From NCBI GenBank assembly GCA_017499595.2, contig CM039001.1, positions 310,001 to 374,000 of the forward strand: a stretch of DNA of 64,000 nt, given 5' to 3'. This stretch comes from Psilocybe cubensis. Taxonomy: Eukaryota. The notes below the pieces were generated by a model. The model was given only the letters and a program-made list of their open reading frames with translations. It did not search any database and was not told the origin of the DNA. Both the position numbers and the translations under genes were made by a program. Below are positions 26,748-38,703 of this stretch, one piece after another (the first letter of the stretch is position 1; every line of letters starts with the position of its first letter).

Positions 26748-26993
26748 GGCCAGATCGTTGACTCGTGGTTGAAACAGTAATGAGTTAAGGTGGATGTAAA
26801 AGCTCCAAGATAAATTAAAACTGATTAGATCACTCTCATAGACTATCTTATCTCTATCTCTATACATGACGTCAAGATGATGTCACCCATTAAAGATACA
26901 TGGTGCCATATGAAGGCGGAGATGGTCAGGTTCGAGGTTTGAACAAAACTTTAGCATTAGTAATACAAAAGCAATGGGGTGACATGTAGTAAA

Positions 26994-27846
26994 TTAGGGA
27001 CCGATATCAGAGGATGAATGAATTTCCACTTGGAAGAAATGAGCGAAAGGAAGATACACAATGTAAGTCAACGCACCAACGTCATGAGAATAGGCGTCGA
27101 TGAATAAACCTGACCTGAGCTGACTGTCGCAACACTTTCCCCGCAGCCGCCATATGACATCCAGGTTACGCATGGCCAGTCGAGTCTGGTCGGGGTTGTA
27201 GAAGCCAACAATCATGGTGACCGGTGAGCGCAGGCTACGCGGTTGTGAAGCACAGAAGTGACCAACAGCATTTTGTTGTGGAAGAAAAGTGTAGCCCCGT
27301 TCGAGATATTTGTGGAGAAATAAACCATCCTCGTCTTCATCAAATTGTACAAGGCCTTTGCATTGTAGCGTAAGTTCAGGATACAGACAAACCGCCCCGT
27401 ACCAGGCAACGAAGTTCATCTGCAACGTCGAAGGGGATTGAAACAGGGGGGTCAAAGACGATTTGTTCCTAGAAACAATGATGGAGATGTATGAGGCATG
27501 GGACGGGTGTGAGTAAGAGCAGATCTGTGAGACAGTGGAACCAGTGTTGTCGTTGGAAAATGAGTTTAGGCGGTAGCGGTGTTTTAAGAGAAACTTGTGG
27601 AGGTCACGTCGCCCATCGCAAGGCACTTGTAGGTCTAGGTTAGAGGGTGTAAAAGCGATGGGTCGAACCATGGCGAGGGCCACAGAACCAACAACAACGA
27701 CATCGCAGGACCGCATTATTGCCAAAAACTCGTTAGGAGGGAGGAATGGGCGAATGAGGGATGTGAATGTTTCTTTATCTACAAGGCAAGTCAGGTCATT
27801 TAAAGAAAAGGTAAAGGGAGTACGCACGTTGAACAAAAGTAGACAT
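26994..27846 (-). CDS. Cargo paralog D: nucleotidyltransferase-fold-like (NxD)
   Basis: 3 exons; VVVVGSVALAMV...PSNLDLQV, STLQMNFVAWYGAVCLYP, KYLERGY, HFC...WRLRGKCC. Confidence 0.78.
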
Positions 27847-28098
27847 GGCAAGACTGAACAAAGAGAAGGGGTTTTCCGTATATGCAGGGAAACCAAACAA
27901 AAATGAAGAAGACAGTTTCACATTAAGGACGACGCCAACGGGTTTCATTAAACGGGTTGGAACAGTAGCAAGATAAATTTAGCAGATTAGGTCATAGTTA
28001 TAAATGCGTATACATGACGGCAACATGGTGTCGCCTGCTAGGATTATACTTTCCCCTAGTAATGATTGCATGCCAGGAAATGAAGGATGGGACTGCCA

Positions 28099-28974
28099 TT
28101 ACAAACTCTCGTCAGCAGGCGTGTGCACTTCGACTACAAATTATGGACGTTAACATATCAAAAAATATGGTATTAACTCACAAAGGCTTACCAACTTCGT
28201 AATTCCTCACGTCTACGAAGACAGCACATCTGGCAAAATCTTCACAACATTTACCATTAAGCCTCCACATTATGTCTGTGCTCTTTATAGCCGTCCGTGT
28301 TTCATCAAGTGGTAAAAAAGGGACGACATGAACAGCAGGGCTTTGAATACTTCGTGGCTGAGCCGTGCAGAAGTGGCCCAAATGATTGCCTTGATAAGTG
28401 ATACGATAACCCCGTTGCTCATACCGGTCCAGGAGTAACCCATCTTCATTTTCGCTGAAGTGTACTAAGCCTTTGTTTTGTAAAGTCTGCTCCGGGTACA
28501 GGCAGACTGCTCCATACCAAGAAACGAAGTTCATTTGAAGCGTAGAAGGTGCTTGAATCAGAGGAGCTAGAGTGGAATGTGCCCGAGAGACCGTCAGGGT
28601 AATCTGCCTGTGTGTCACTTTGTGGGAATAGGTTGTCAAGCACGACACCGTTGACCCCATATTACCCGTTTGTTCTTGAACCAGCCTATAACCATGATTC
28701 TGAATGTAACGTTCGATAGACCGACGGCCCTGGCACCCCACCAAGAGGTTGAGATCATGCGGCTCGAATAATAGATCTTGTATAACGCCCAATGCCATCG
28801 ATCCGAACACCACACCTCGTGAATGTCGCAGTAAGCTCAAGACATTGTCAACAGGCCCCAGATTGTATTCGGATAATAAGTGGTCAAACTTCGATTTTTC
28901 TGCTTGCGATTGTCAGAGGCACCATCACAAACTCACGAAACTCAGCGTGACGTACCCCGCGATGAGTAGGGCAT
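28099..28974 (-). CDS. Cargo paralog E: nucleotidyltransferase-fold-like (DxN), tandem duplicate of D
   Basis: 3 exons; GVVFGSMALGVI...PHDLNLLV, STLQMNFVSWYGAVCLYP, HFC...WRLNGKCC. Confidence 0.78.
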
Positions 28975-29084
28975 TTAATGCTAATGTCTGCTCTAGGTGG
29001 ATGGAAAACAACCTTGGACGTGATCACACACATCAACATATAGGGGGAACAGGATGACGTCACATAGGAAGGCCAAGTGCACCC

Positions 29085-30104
29085 TTAATACAATGTGTAC
29101 TCTAAATTAATAAAACGACGGAAGTGTTGGCAATGGACATTGTCGCAACGGTTTTTCCGAGCGGAACGCCACCTTATATGTTGACCAGATTGTACAAAAT
29201 AATCAGGTGGTGAGACGTGCTTGCCATAGTCCTTGTCCCCATGAAATCCTCCCCAACGCATAATCGCCACACCACCTCCAGCGGTGATCCTCCTCCATAG
29301 AACGGGGCATGTTTCGCCGCAAGGTTCCGACAAAACCAAGCCATCTCTGTTCCAAAGGCCGAAGTTGAACTCCTCGTACGGTGGCATGATAATATCGTCC
29401 ACATCATTCCGAATATACAAAAATTGTCTTTTGGCGAACAACTGCGGGTAGAAGCAGTATAGCCGCGTGTGTGACAACGCAAACATTTGCGACGACGACG
29501 GCGCAGAGAGGAGGCCAGGTAACGTTTTATCATCAGTTGCTAAAAGCAAACAGACTTTCATTACGCCATTCCACTTATTCAGAAATCTCAGCATATTATT
29601 GCTAAGCATAGAAGGCATTACATACCGAGAGATATGTATGAAATCTTTTCAAGCCCTTACGCAGTGACATTTCCACGTTTCCAGTGTTTTCTCCATGATA
29701 TCCTTGGGAACGGACAAAGGAATCAAAAGAACCGAAAGCGTAACGCCTTGGTAGAATGATGTCGAGCTGGATAGGGTACACCTGTGTGTATATGGGATTG
29801 TCCACAGACATGATGCATCGGACGAGCGGCCCCGTGATCAAGGCGTTGTTACTGCCCAGCAGGTGGAAAAAAATTTCCAGGGCGTCAGCGAAAAAAAGTC
29901 CAACAAAGTGTTTGATGCGACGACGGACGGATTCTTGCACCAGCCTCCTCAGGCGCATGTTGGTGTAGTTTAAAGCCATCCACGCGGACCAAGAGGAATC
30001 ATTGATGACGAGACCCAGAATTTCGTCGGGAAGTAGTTTAAAGAAATCTAAAGGGCGTTAAGTTATTGACAATCAAAGTCCAACCACTGCAACAAACCTT
30101 GCAT
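29085..30104 (-). CDS. Cargo paralog F: F-box plus degenerate nucleotidyltransferase-like domain with Cys-rich C-terminus
   Basis: MQ|DFFKLLPDEILGLVI...MALNYTNMRLRRLV (F-box LPxEI pattern); ALITGPLV...QLDIIL; SSSQMFALSHTRLYCFYP; CGETC...CDNVHC. Confidence 0.7.
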
Positions 30105-30262
30105 GTATGTTGAGGTTGCGAGTAGGTAGGAAGAATTGACAAAATTTTAACGGTCACGTAGTACACAAGTGTCAATAGCAAACTATATATAGAAATTGGG
30201 TGGCATCAGGAAATTGCGCCTTTGGTCTACTGAAATAAGTACAGACAGGGCTTGATACTCAT

Positions 30263-31048
30263 TCAAATAGTCTCAAAACGTTCTACGAGGCTACCATAGG
30301 CTACATCAATCAAAAGTTAGGTAGACAAAAAAGACACACGAACTGTTGAATTAACTCCGGAACCAAAGCGAGGTCGCGTCGTGTAAAATCCACGACAGTG
30401 CCTTCCAGCGTACATTTGGCAATGAGAATTTCCCCATACCAAGGAAGCAAGCGAGTAATGCCCCGTTGACGTAGGAGCGTTCTTACAAAATTGTTGTCGG
30501 CATCCGCTATACCACGGATTGTTGACTACAAAACATAATGAGAAATTTTGAAAGGGCAAGACTATGGAACGCCAACCTGGGAATAGTGGAATAAAACATA
30601 TTGAAAAGTGATGGAGGTTCCGGGCAAACTACGTTCGTAGGTTTGACAAAACTGTGCGTCAAACGCAGCAACATGATCCCACATAAATGGCCAGTGAGGC
30701 ATCCACATGGTGACGTCTAGATCCTCATAATCCTTGATATCTTCTTTACCTGCAGCGGCGGGGACATTCACAATATAAATTTTGGTAGTGGCACCGCCCA
30801 AGAACGCGCAGGAACGACGGGGAACATCCTATAAAGACAATGAGTTACACAGGTAGTGACTTTACTGCAAACACGTACATGCATGCATTGGCCCACAAAC
30901 GACGCCTGTTTCAAATTCTTCTTCATAGCTTCTACAGCCCGGTTGGTTACCAATACCCAGTGCTCCTGATTTAACATGAGGAAAAGAGGTCAAATTTATT
31001 TCAAGCGAAACAGGACAATAACGCGTGACAGAAATGTAAGACCCACAT
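30263..31048 (-). CDS. Small multi-exon cargo gene of unknown function, head-to-head with RepHel
   Basis: Canonical introns join ...KIYIVNVP...DLDVTMWMP...YVLFHYSQ|...NNFVRTLL...PWYGEILIAKCTLEGTVVDFTRRDLALVPELI. Ends approximate. Confidence 0.6.
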
Positions 31049-31057
31049 TGAAGCAAA

Positions 31058-34000
31058 ATGCAAATTGTATCCGCAAGTTGTCCAGCAGCATTTGTCGACC
31101 AGAACATCATTAAACGTGGTCTATTCAACCCGCACCCCATGGAAGCACTGTCCGATATTACTGTTTCTAAACTAAAAGAAATCATCCTTGAACATTCTCC
31201 CGAGAGGCTCACGCACGCTTCGCTCAAGACTCGCAGTCTTATGCTTGAAAAGATCGCCACCTTCCCACCCAATGTTGTGGAAGCAATTACTAGCGCTGCC
31301 AGGACAGTGATAATGGCAGGGCAAGGCCGTTACGCAAATTACGGTACGCGAAGGAAAGCTGCAGATTATGTTTGTGGAATGCGGCGCAAACGAATCAGGC
31401 GCCAGCCACCCAAGGTTGCCAGAGAAGACCCACAACCCACGGCCGCCGAGAGGCTAAATTTCTATGAAGTCTCCGATGAGAGACTCCAAGAGATTATTGA
31501 AGGCGATTTCCTGATGCCCCCGTCCATAGACCTATGCAAAGAACGACTTGCGAAGTTCATTGATGCGTCTTCGAATGAAGCATTGCGCCATCGGGTCTGC
31601 GCGTCATGCGCCAGGGAGATGTTAGAGGAAGAAATGAATGTGCTCAAACTGAGTGACATACCACATCGCCATCTTTTGAACCCGTATACCCCTCATCCCG
31701 CTCATGTACTAACTGAGGGGATGCTTCTCCATACTGGCTCTCTGCTGGACGGCAACAACGCTATACTGTGTTCCGAATGCCTCAGTTCCTTGAAGAAATG
31801 TAAACGACCGAAATTCAGCTTGGGCAACAACATGTGGGTAGGTGACGTACCACGAGAACTCGCCGATCTCACTCTCCCGGAAAAGATGCTAATCGCCATG
31901 TATTTCCCTGCGGCGTACATCATCAAATTGTTTCCCAAACAGAAAGGTGCACAACACTGGGATCGGTCACAAATGCATAGCGGCCTACGGGGAAACGTCT
32001 CAACGTACAAGCTTGATCCAAACCAAGTAGCCTCCATGTTAAAAGGGGGCAAAAACGTGTTCCCCCGCCCGTCGAAAATTTTACCTGCCACTATCGGAGT
32101 GACCTTTGTTGGGCCCAAAGGATTGCCGGAGTCGACCATGCCAGCAATGTTCAAAGTTCGCAGAAAACGTGTGCATGCCGCCCTAGTCTGGTTGAAAGCG
32201 AACAACCCACTGTATGAAAACATTGATATCAGCGATGAAAACTTGCAAATGTTGCCGGAAGATGGTATACCTTTGGAACTACTGGCCACCACCAAATACT
32301 CGTCTGACTTGCAAGCAGTTGAAAAGGAACATGCCGGGTACGTGCCAGAGGACGCGGCGGAAGAAGAAGGTAAGTTTATTCTTCGTGGGAAGTTGCGAGT
32401 TGCATGAACACCTTTCTTCTCAAGCATTTCAAGATGCGTTGAACGAAGCTGGACTCACGGAGATTGACGAGCACGACAATAGCCATGTTGAAGAAGGTAA
32501 ATAACCCGTTACTTTGTCTTGCAATCCTGGCACTGACCGTATTCTGACCATGACTTCAGGGGAAGTTCTACCGTCCGTTATCCCCCTTCTATCCCACGGC
32601 GTTGTCGATGTCCAGGGTGGAGATATCACCACGTCAGAACTGCTGGCTCATGCCCTTAACAACATGTGTACTGGCACAGACACGTCTCATCAAGTTCCTG
32701 AAGACTTCACAGTTCGTTGTGGAAACACCTTCGTAAACGAATACCCTCGCAGGAACCAGCAAAATGGGCGACTTCACCACGGGGGTCCAAGCAACCCCAA
32801 CCATCTCTTGGGAAGCTTTCCCGCTCTGTTCCCGTATGGCGCCGGAGGAATAGAAACAGATCGGCCTGTTCAGGTGCCCTACGAGACTCACGTTAGGTGG
32901 ACCATGGAATATCACGATCACAGGTTTCGCAAAGACCCGCACTATCCTTTCCAAGTTTTTGGTGTCATGCAGAAGCGGGAAGTCTGCAGATCGGCTGTTC
33001 TTCAAATGAAGAAATCCACCTTTATGCGCAACATGAGGCTAATATCAACATTGAAACCAAGGGACCTACTTCAAGCGAGCCAGGAAGAAAAGCGGGGAAT
33101 CACGTTTACCAACCCAGCGGTTCGAGCGTTACGGACAGAATTGAGGGCAGTCAGAAAGGCGGTTAAAGGAACAGATGAATCTCGGAGCTCAGTACGATCG
33201 AAAGTTTGGGGCACCAACCTGCTGTTCAACCCTCCATCCATTTGGATGACCATCAACCCGGCCGATACCCAAGATCCAATTGCACAGGTGTTTGCGGGAG
33301 AGGAGATTGACCTCGATGCGTTTTGCAATACCGCAGGGCCAGACCACACTCGTCGAGCCACGAACATGGCATCGGATCCGTACGCCTCGGCACAATATTT
33401 TCACTTCATTGTGAAATTGGTGTTGGAAGAGCTTTTGGGCATTAAAAAGTATCCACAGGGACGGTTGGAACGTGAATACGGCGTGCTGGGGAAAGTGCAA
33501 TGCTATATCGGCACGGTAGAGGCTCAGGGTCGAGGAACTCTTCATTTGCACACACTTATATGGCTGAAGGATGCGCCCAATGCAGACGAGATGAAACGAG
33601 CGCTATTATCAGAAAGGTTTCGAGAGAAAATGCGGAGGTATATCGAAACGGTGATTCAAGCGGATATTGGTGGAAAGACGAAAGAGCAAGTGCTGGCTAT
33701 TCCTAAAGTCGCAGGTGTTGGGTACTCTAGACCGGTGGATCCTCGCCATGCCACTGATCAAGAGTTGCTGGAGCAGCTGGAAAAGTTAGTGAGGGCCATG
33801 CAATATCATAAATGCACCGCGGCCGCATGTCTAAAATTAATCAACGGACGGATGCAGTGCAAACGGCGGGCACCCTTCGAGAAGGCAGTGCATGCATGGG
33901 TGGATGAAGTGGGCCGGTGGGGTCCTAAGAGACTGTGCGAACTCCTGAACGCTTTCAATCCCTGGATTATGCACGCATTACGGGCGAATCACGACTTGAA

Positions 34001-37000
34001 ATTGATTTTGAGCGGAATGGATACTGCAACCATTACGTTCTACATCACCAATTATGCCACGAAGAAACAACAGCGAACCTCAAACTTGTCCGCTCTGTTG
34101 GCCAATGCCTTTGCCTTCTCGAAAGCAGCGGACCGGGGTGTTACCGATATGCAGCTCGTGAACAAACGACTGATCCAACGTTGTGCCAATTCCTTAACTC
34201 GTTATCGAGAGTTTAGCGGCCCAGAAATAGTTAGCTACATCATGGGATGGGGGGATGTTTACGAATCACATCACTACATACCGATTTTCTGGGATCCGGT
34301 CGCCCGTACGTTGAAAAAGATGTATCCAGAACTTTGCAAACCAAGGTATGACATAGAACCACCAACACATTGACTTTGCGAGCTGACTGTTCCTTGACAG
34401 AACTATTCCACCACAACAGAGTCACGAGGAGAAATCCCCACCCACGACAGTCGAACCAGACGGTACAACCAGCGATGATCGGGAAGGGTCTGGTGGCAGC
34501 ACGCAGGTAGGCAGAATTTTTGTGTTATTTTAAGTAGCATTGTTGACGTTGCCACCAAAATCAGGAGCAGGCCCACGATGTTACATTGGAAATGGTAGAC
34601 GGACGTGCCATGATCAAAGATCAGTTGCGCGACTACGTTTATAGGGGGGAGGAATTGGAGCATATGAGTTTTTTAGATTTCATGCTGTTCACATACGAGG
34701 GAGATCTTGGGAAGAAAGGTGGACCACGTCCTGAACACGAAGGAGATGCGGGCCACGAAGGAGTCGAAAACGGGAGCATCAACGTCGAGTCGACAGGAGG
34801 TCTAGACATGGAGGAACAGGGCGATGGGGTGGCACGAGGTCGTCCTATGAGTCAACGAGTACCATACAAAGAAGGGGCAGGCAAGGCGAGCCGTTGTCGT
34901 ATTATCCGTGGACCGGGGCACGAGAGGCTACCAAGGTTCGTTGGCCGTTGGTTTCCACGAAATGACTGTATGGAAGATCATGAAAAAGAGTTCTACTTTG
35001 CGTCAATGGTTGCATTACTTTCGCCATGGACGGAGCTGCAATCGCTGAAGGGAGAGTGCGCCACCTTTGAAGCACGATTTCAACAACTTTTGGGCGAAGG
35101 CAAAAGGAGAGTACACACCGTAATCCACAACATTCAGTACTACTATGAATGTCTTGATGGAGCGCACGCGCGAAGAGAAATGGAGAAGAATCAAGGGACT
35201 CGAGACCAACCTGTGGAGTGCGAATTGGACTTCGAAAACGAGGAGAAAGAGATGCTAGAAGAGGAGATGCGAGCGGATCCGTTTTTCGACGAATTAACGG
35301 AAGAGGATGTAGAGATAGCGCGGATGGGCAAAATACCCGCCAGGGAGACGCTTTTTGCAGCGGCAGCACTCTATGAAGGAGAACGAGTCGGATTTTTTGA
35401 GGAAGAATGCCCAGACACAGTGTGGAGAGCAGGTTGTCGCGTGGCAAGAGGAGAGGAGGAAATAGACAGGATAGCAGCGTGGGACCAGCAGTTGAAAGAA
35501 ACTGTTAGAGTGACAAACGCAATGGATGCCTCGTGCGACAACATGACGAGCGATGAGAGAGAGCCGAGGGTATTAGGGTCTATAAACCACTTACCACCCC
35601 ATGTCGAAAGACTAATGGACGAGAGCTATGCACACTTTGATATGCAAACCGATTCAGGGCGTCCAGTCCGTGGTATCGAACGACGCCTTCTAGCGTACCT
35701 TAACGAGGAGCAACGTCGTGCCCATGATATTGTTGAAAGGAAGCTGGTGGAACATCTGACAACCCGTAAGTACTCATTCAGGCTAATGAAGTTCATGATG
35801 GAACTCAATGGTAGACAACAGATGGGCACGCCAAGCAGCTTTTGATGCTGATACTTGGGCAAGGGGGTGTTGGGAAGTCAATGTTAATCGGAGCTATTAC
35901 GGAGACATTTGACTTTTACGGCCAACTCAACATCTTAGCAAAGTGCGCCACTACGGGCATTGCGGCCACTGATATCGGGGGGCAAACGCTACATTCATGG
36001 GCCGGTCTTTCAAAAAATACCCCACAAACTGATGAATGGCTGGAGAAACCCTCGGCTGAGATGCTCGCTAAGCGAAAGCGAAATATAGAGGGGAAATCAT
36101 TCTTGATTCTGGACGAGGCTTCAATGGCCGACAAAACAGCCCTTCAACTAACGTCCGCCGTGACGGGTCATGTTCATGGCAAAGCGAGAGGTGCCAACGC
36201 CGATCTACCATTTGGGGGAATGCATGTAATTCTCACCGGAGACTTTCATCAATTTCCTCCGGTGCGTAAACCTCAAGGAGCGTTGTATGTGGAGAGCGAG
36301 AAGGACTCGGTGCGCGCAATGTTAGGCAGAGAAATCTTCAAACAATTTGAGACAGTTGTCATTCTCGACAAACAAATACGGGTGAAAGACGTACAATGGA
36401 TGGAGATTCTGAATCGCCTGAGAGTCGGAGAGTGTGACTACGACGATATCGATGAAATAGAAAAGTTGGTTTTGGAAGACCAGCGCTGTGTTGTACCCGA
36501 TTTTACTCAACCACCCTGGGATGACGCTATCCTAGTAACTCCTCGGCATGTAGTCAGAGAGATGTGGAATCAAGCAGCGATCAAGAAACATTGTCATCGC
36601 AGTGGAAACATCAGATACATTGTTGAAGCGGAGGATACAGTGAAAAGCACCGGAGAGAGGGCATCGATTGCTCAGCGATGCGAAATCGCAGCGATGAAAG
36701 AAGATCTCACAGGAAACCTGACGGATGTCATTGAAATTGCGGTTGGCATGAAAGCCATGATCAAGATAAACATTGCTACAGAAGCTGATATCGCGAACGG
36801 CACCAGGGGTATCATTCACGACATAATATTAGACGAGAGAGAAGGAAGACATCCAGTAATTGAAAATGGTGTGGCGAAACTGAAATATCCTCCGGCCATG
36901 TTGCTTTTCAAACCCAACAAACCAACTCATCTACGTTTTGAAGGCATTGAACCGGGGCTGATACCTTTGACCCCCTCTGAAGCAAAAATATCAGTCAAAC

Positions 37001-37344
37001 TGGAGGGCGAGAAGAAAGCGACGACCATTATGCGGCGACAATATGCCATCACGGCTGGCTACGCGTTCACGGATTACAAGTCACAGGGGCAAACCATTGA
37101 GTATGTCATTATTGACCTAGCACCCCCTCCCAGCGGCAGTTTATCACCATTTGGGGCGTACGTGGCCCTGTCAAGGAGTCGGGGTAGAGATACAATCCGT
37201 CTGCTCAGAAAGTTTGACCACAAACTTTTTCAGCACCATCCATCGGAAGATCTTCGAGCGGATATGAAGAGGCTGGAGGAGTTGAATAAACAGACGAAAG
37301 TACGATGGGAATTCGATCAACAACAGAGAATCGGATTATATTAG
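31058..37344 (+). CDS. Helitron-type Rep/PIF1 helicase (RepHel), 6 exons, apparently intact
   Basis: N-terminal Zn/DUF6570-like region (CASC..CSEC, LRGNVSTY, VRRKRVHAALVWLKANNPLY); HUH Rep motifs IWMTINP, VEAQGRGTLHLHTLIW, YITNYATK; SF1B helicase GQGGVGKS, ILDEASM, GDFHQFPP, TDYKSQGQT, YVALSRSR. Five GT-AG introns restore one frame. True start may be 31139. Confidence 0.95.
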
Positions 37345-37743
37345 ATTAGAATACATTTTTTAGTAACAAAAGAAGGATTTGTTAATTTTGTGTACGAGGC
37401 TGAACGACATGGTTAGTGAAGATAGAAATAGGTATGATGAAGACTCACATTGGTAGGACGGTCCATTGTCAGATCGTCAGAGTTGATGGTAAGCCACATC
37501 GAAGGGGGGCTGGTTACTGCATTGTTGGATTGGGGTGCAGACATGACGGTGGTCTTTGACTTCGTCAAACAGACGTGATGACAGTGGACTTCGACTTCTT
37601 AGGAATATATGCGGAGAGTTGAGCCTGTAGGATAAGGAGTGAGTTAGACAAGTCAAAGAGAAGTGAAAATTTAAATGGACAACCAGGTAGATGGCGTCGG
37701 TCATGAGTGTACAACGTTCAGGGAGAGGAGTACACAGTGCGAC

Positions 37744-37930
37744 AAGGTTTGGTACAGTCGTTAGAACCAAACAATGTCTCAACATTCGTCCTAGTCCAAA
37801 TGGCAGGGTAAGGTTTGGCAAACACATTAGAACCAAACAATGTCTCAACATTCGAGTGCAAGTCCCAATGGCAGGGTAAGGTTTGGCAAAGACGTTAAAA
37901 ATAGCTGTGACAAACAACGTCTAAACATTC
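37744..37930 (+). repeat. Tandem repeat, 66-68 bp unit, ~2.7 copies, with internal inverted repeats
   Basis: Units start at 37744, 37810 and 37878 (AAGGTTTGG...TTAGAACCAAACAATGTCTCAACATTCG...AATGGCAGGGT); the first two contain GTTTGG..CCAAAC and AATGT..ACATT stems. Confidence 0.9.
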
Positions 37931-38703
37931 ATCTTTTCAATAGTGGGGAGCCTTAGCTTTACAGCAAGGCCATCATCGACAATCAGCCTAATCAAGCTGC
38001 ATCAGCAGTGAATATTGACTTTTCATCCACCACCACTATTGGGCGCTAAGCTCCCAAGCCAACAACACCGTGGTCATCATGTACCAAAGTTATCTATTTT
38101 TCATGCAAACCGAAAGAGGTTTTGGCATGTCGGCATGATCCATTTAGTGCGAGCTTATTGAAGCCACTTTAACCTCGAGTCACGACTTTTTCAAAACGGC
38201 TGACCTTCTAGTGCCTATGGAGCAAAGTATAGGTCACCCATACCTTCTTCGTCGTTTTAGCTTCTAAATACACTGGAATGTAAATCTTCCAAGAGCAACT
38301 AGGACCAGACTTGTGTCAATGCATTGAACGACATCGGACTATATATATTTCAAAGCTAGTATTTAGCACATACAAAGCCCTCTAACTGGCTTAACAAGTC
38401 GTTATATGGTTTATAAGTTGTCGCGGATAGCCATTCAGCTACTCGCTCGGCCTATAGTGTCCACCAAAGAGTGTGCTAAAAATAACGCTGCCGCGCTATG
38501 GTATTTAACCTCTCGATGTTCCACTTGACCCACAGAGTATGACTTGCACTCATCGTCGTTGATCGACCTCTTGTCCACTTCTGTTTTATCAATCCATCAC
38601 CATCACCCGCAAATATTACTTCATAAAAATTATATCACTCTCGGCGAGTCTCAAAGATCTGCATATTACGCCTCACGATTCACCAATACACGAAAAAGAC
38701 ACT

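Larger units (their letters stand above)
19466..37930 (+). mobile_element. Large Helitron-like rolling-circle element with cargo genes (boundaries uncertain)
   Basis: Intact RepHel gene at 31058-37344; a compact block of paralogous unknown genes upstream; candidate 5' end TCTACTACTAATT at 19466; hairpin-containing repeats with a CTAG|T at 37744-37930. RepHel is certain, the extent is inferred. Confidence 0.6.

Noticed and set aside
37744..37930. Repeat-spacer-like pattern suggesting CRISPR
   Set aside because: Whole units are homologous with no unique spacers, there are fewer than three copies, there are no cas genes, and the context is eukaryotic.
19466..37930. Starship or endogenous virus interpretation of the cargo block
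   Set aside because: No tyrosine recombinase captain, capsid, packaging ATPase or PolB is recognisable; the only mobility gene is RepHel.
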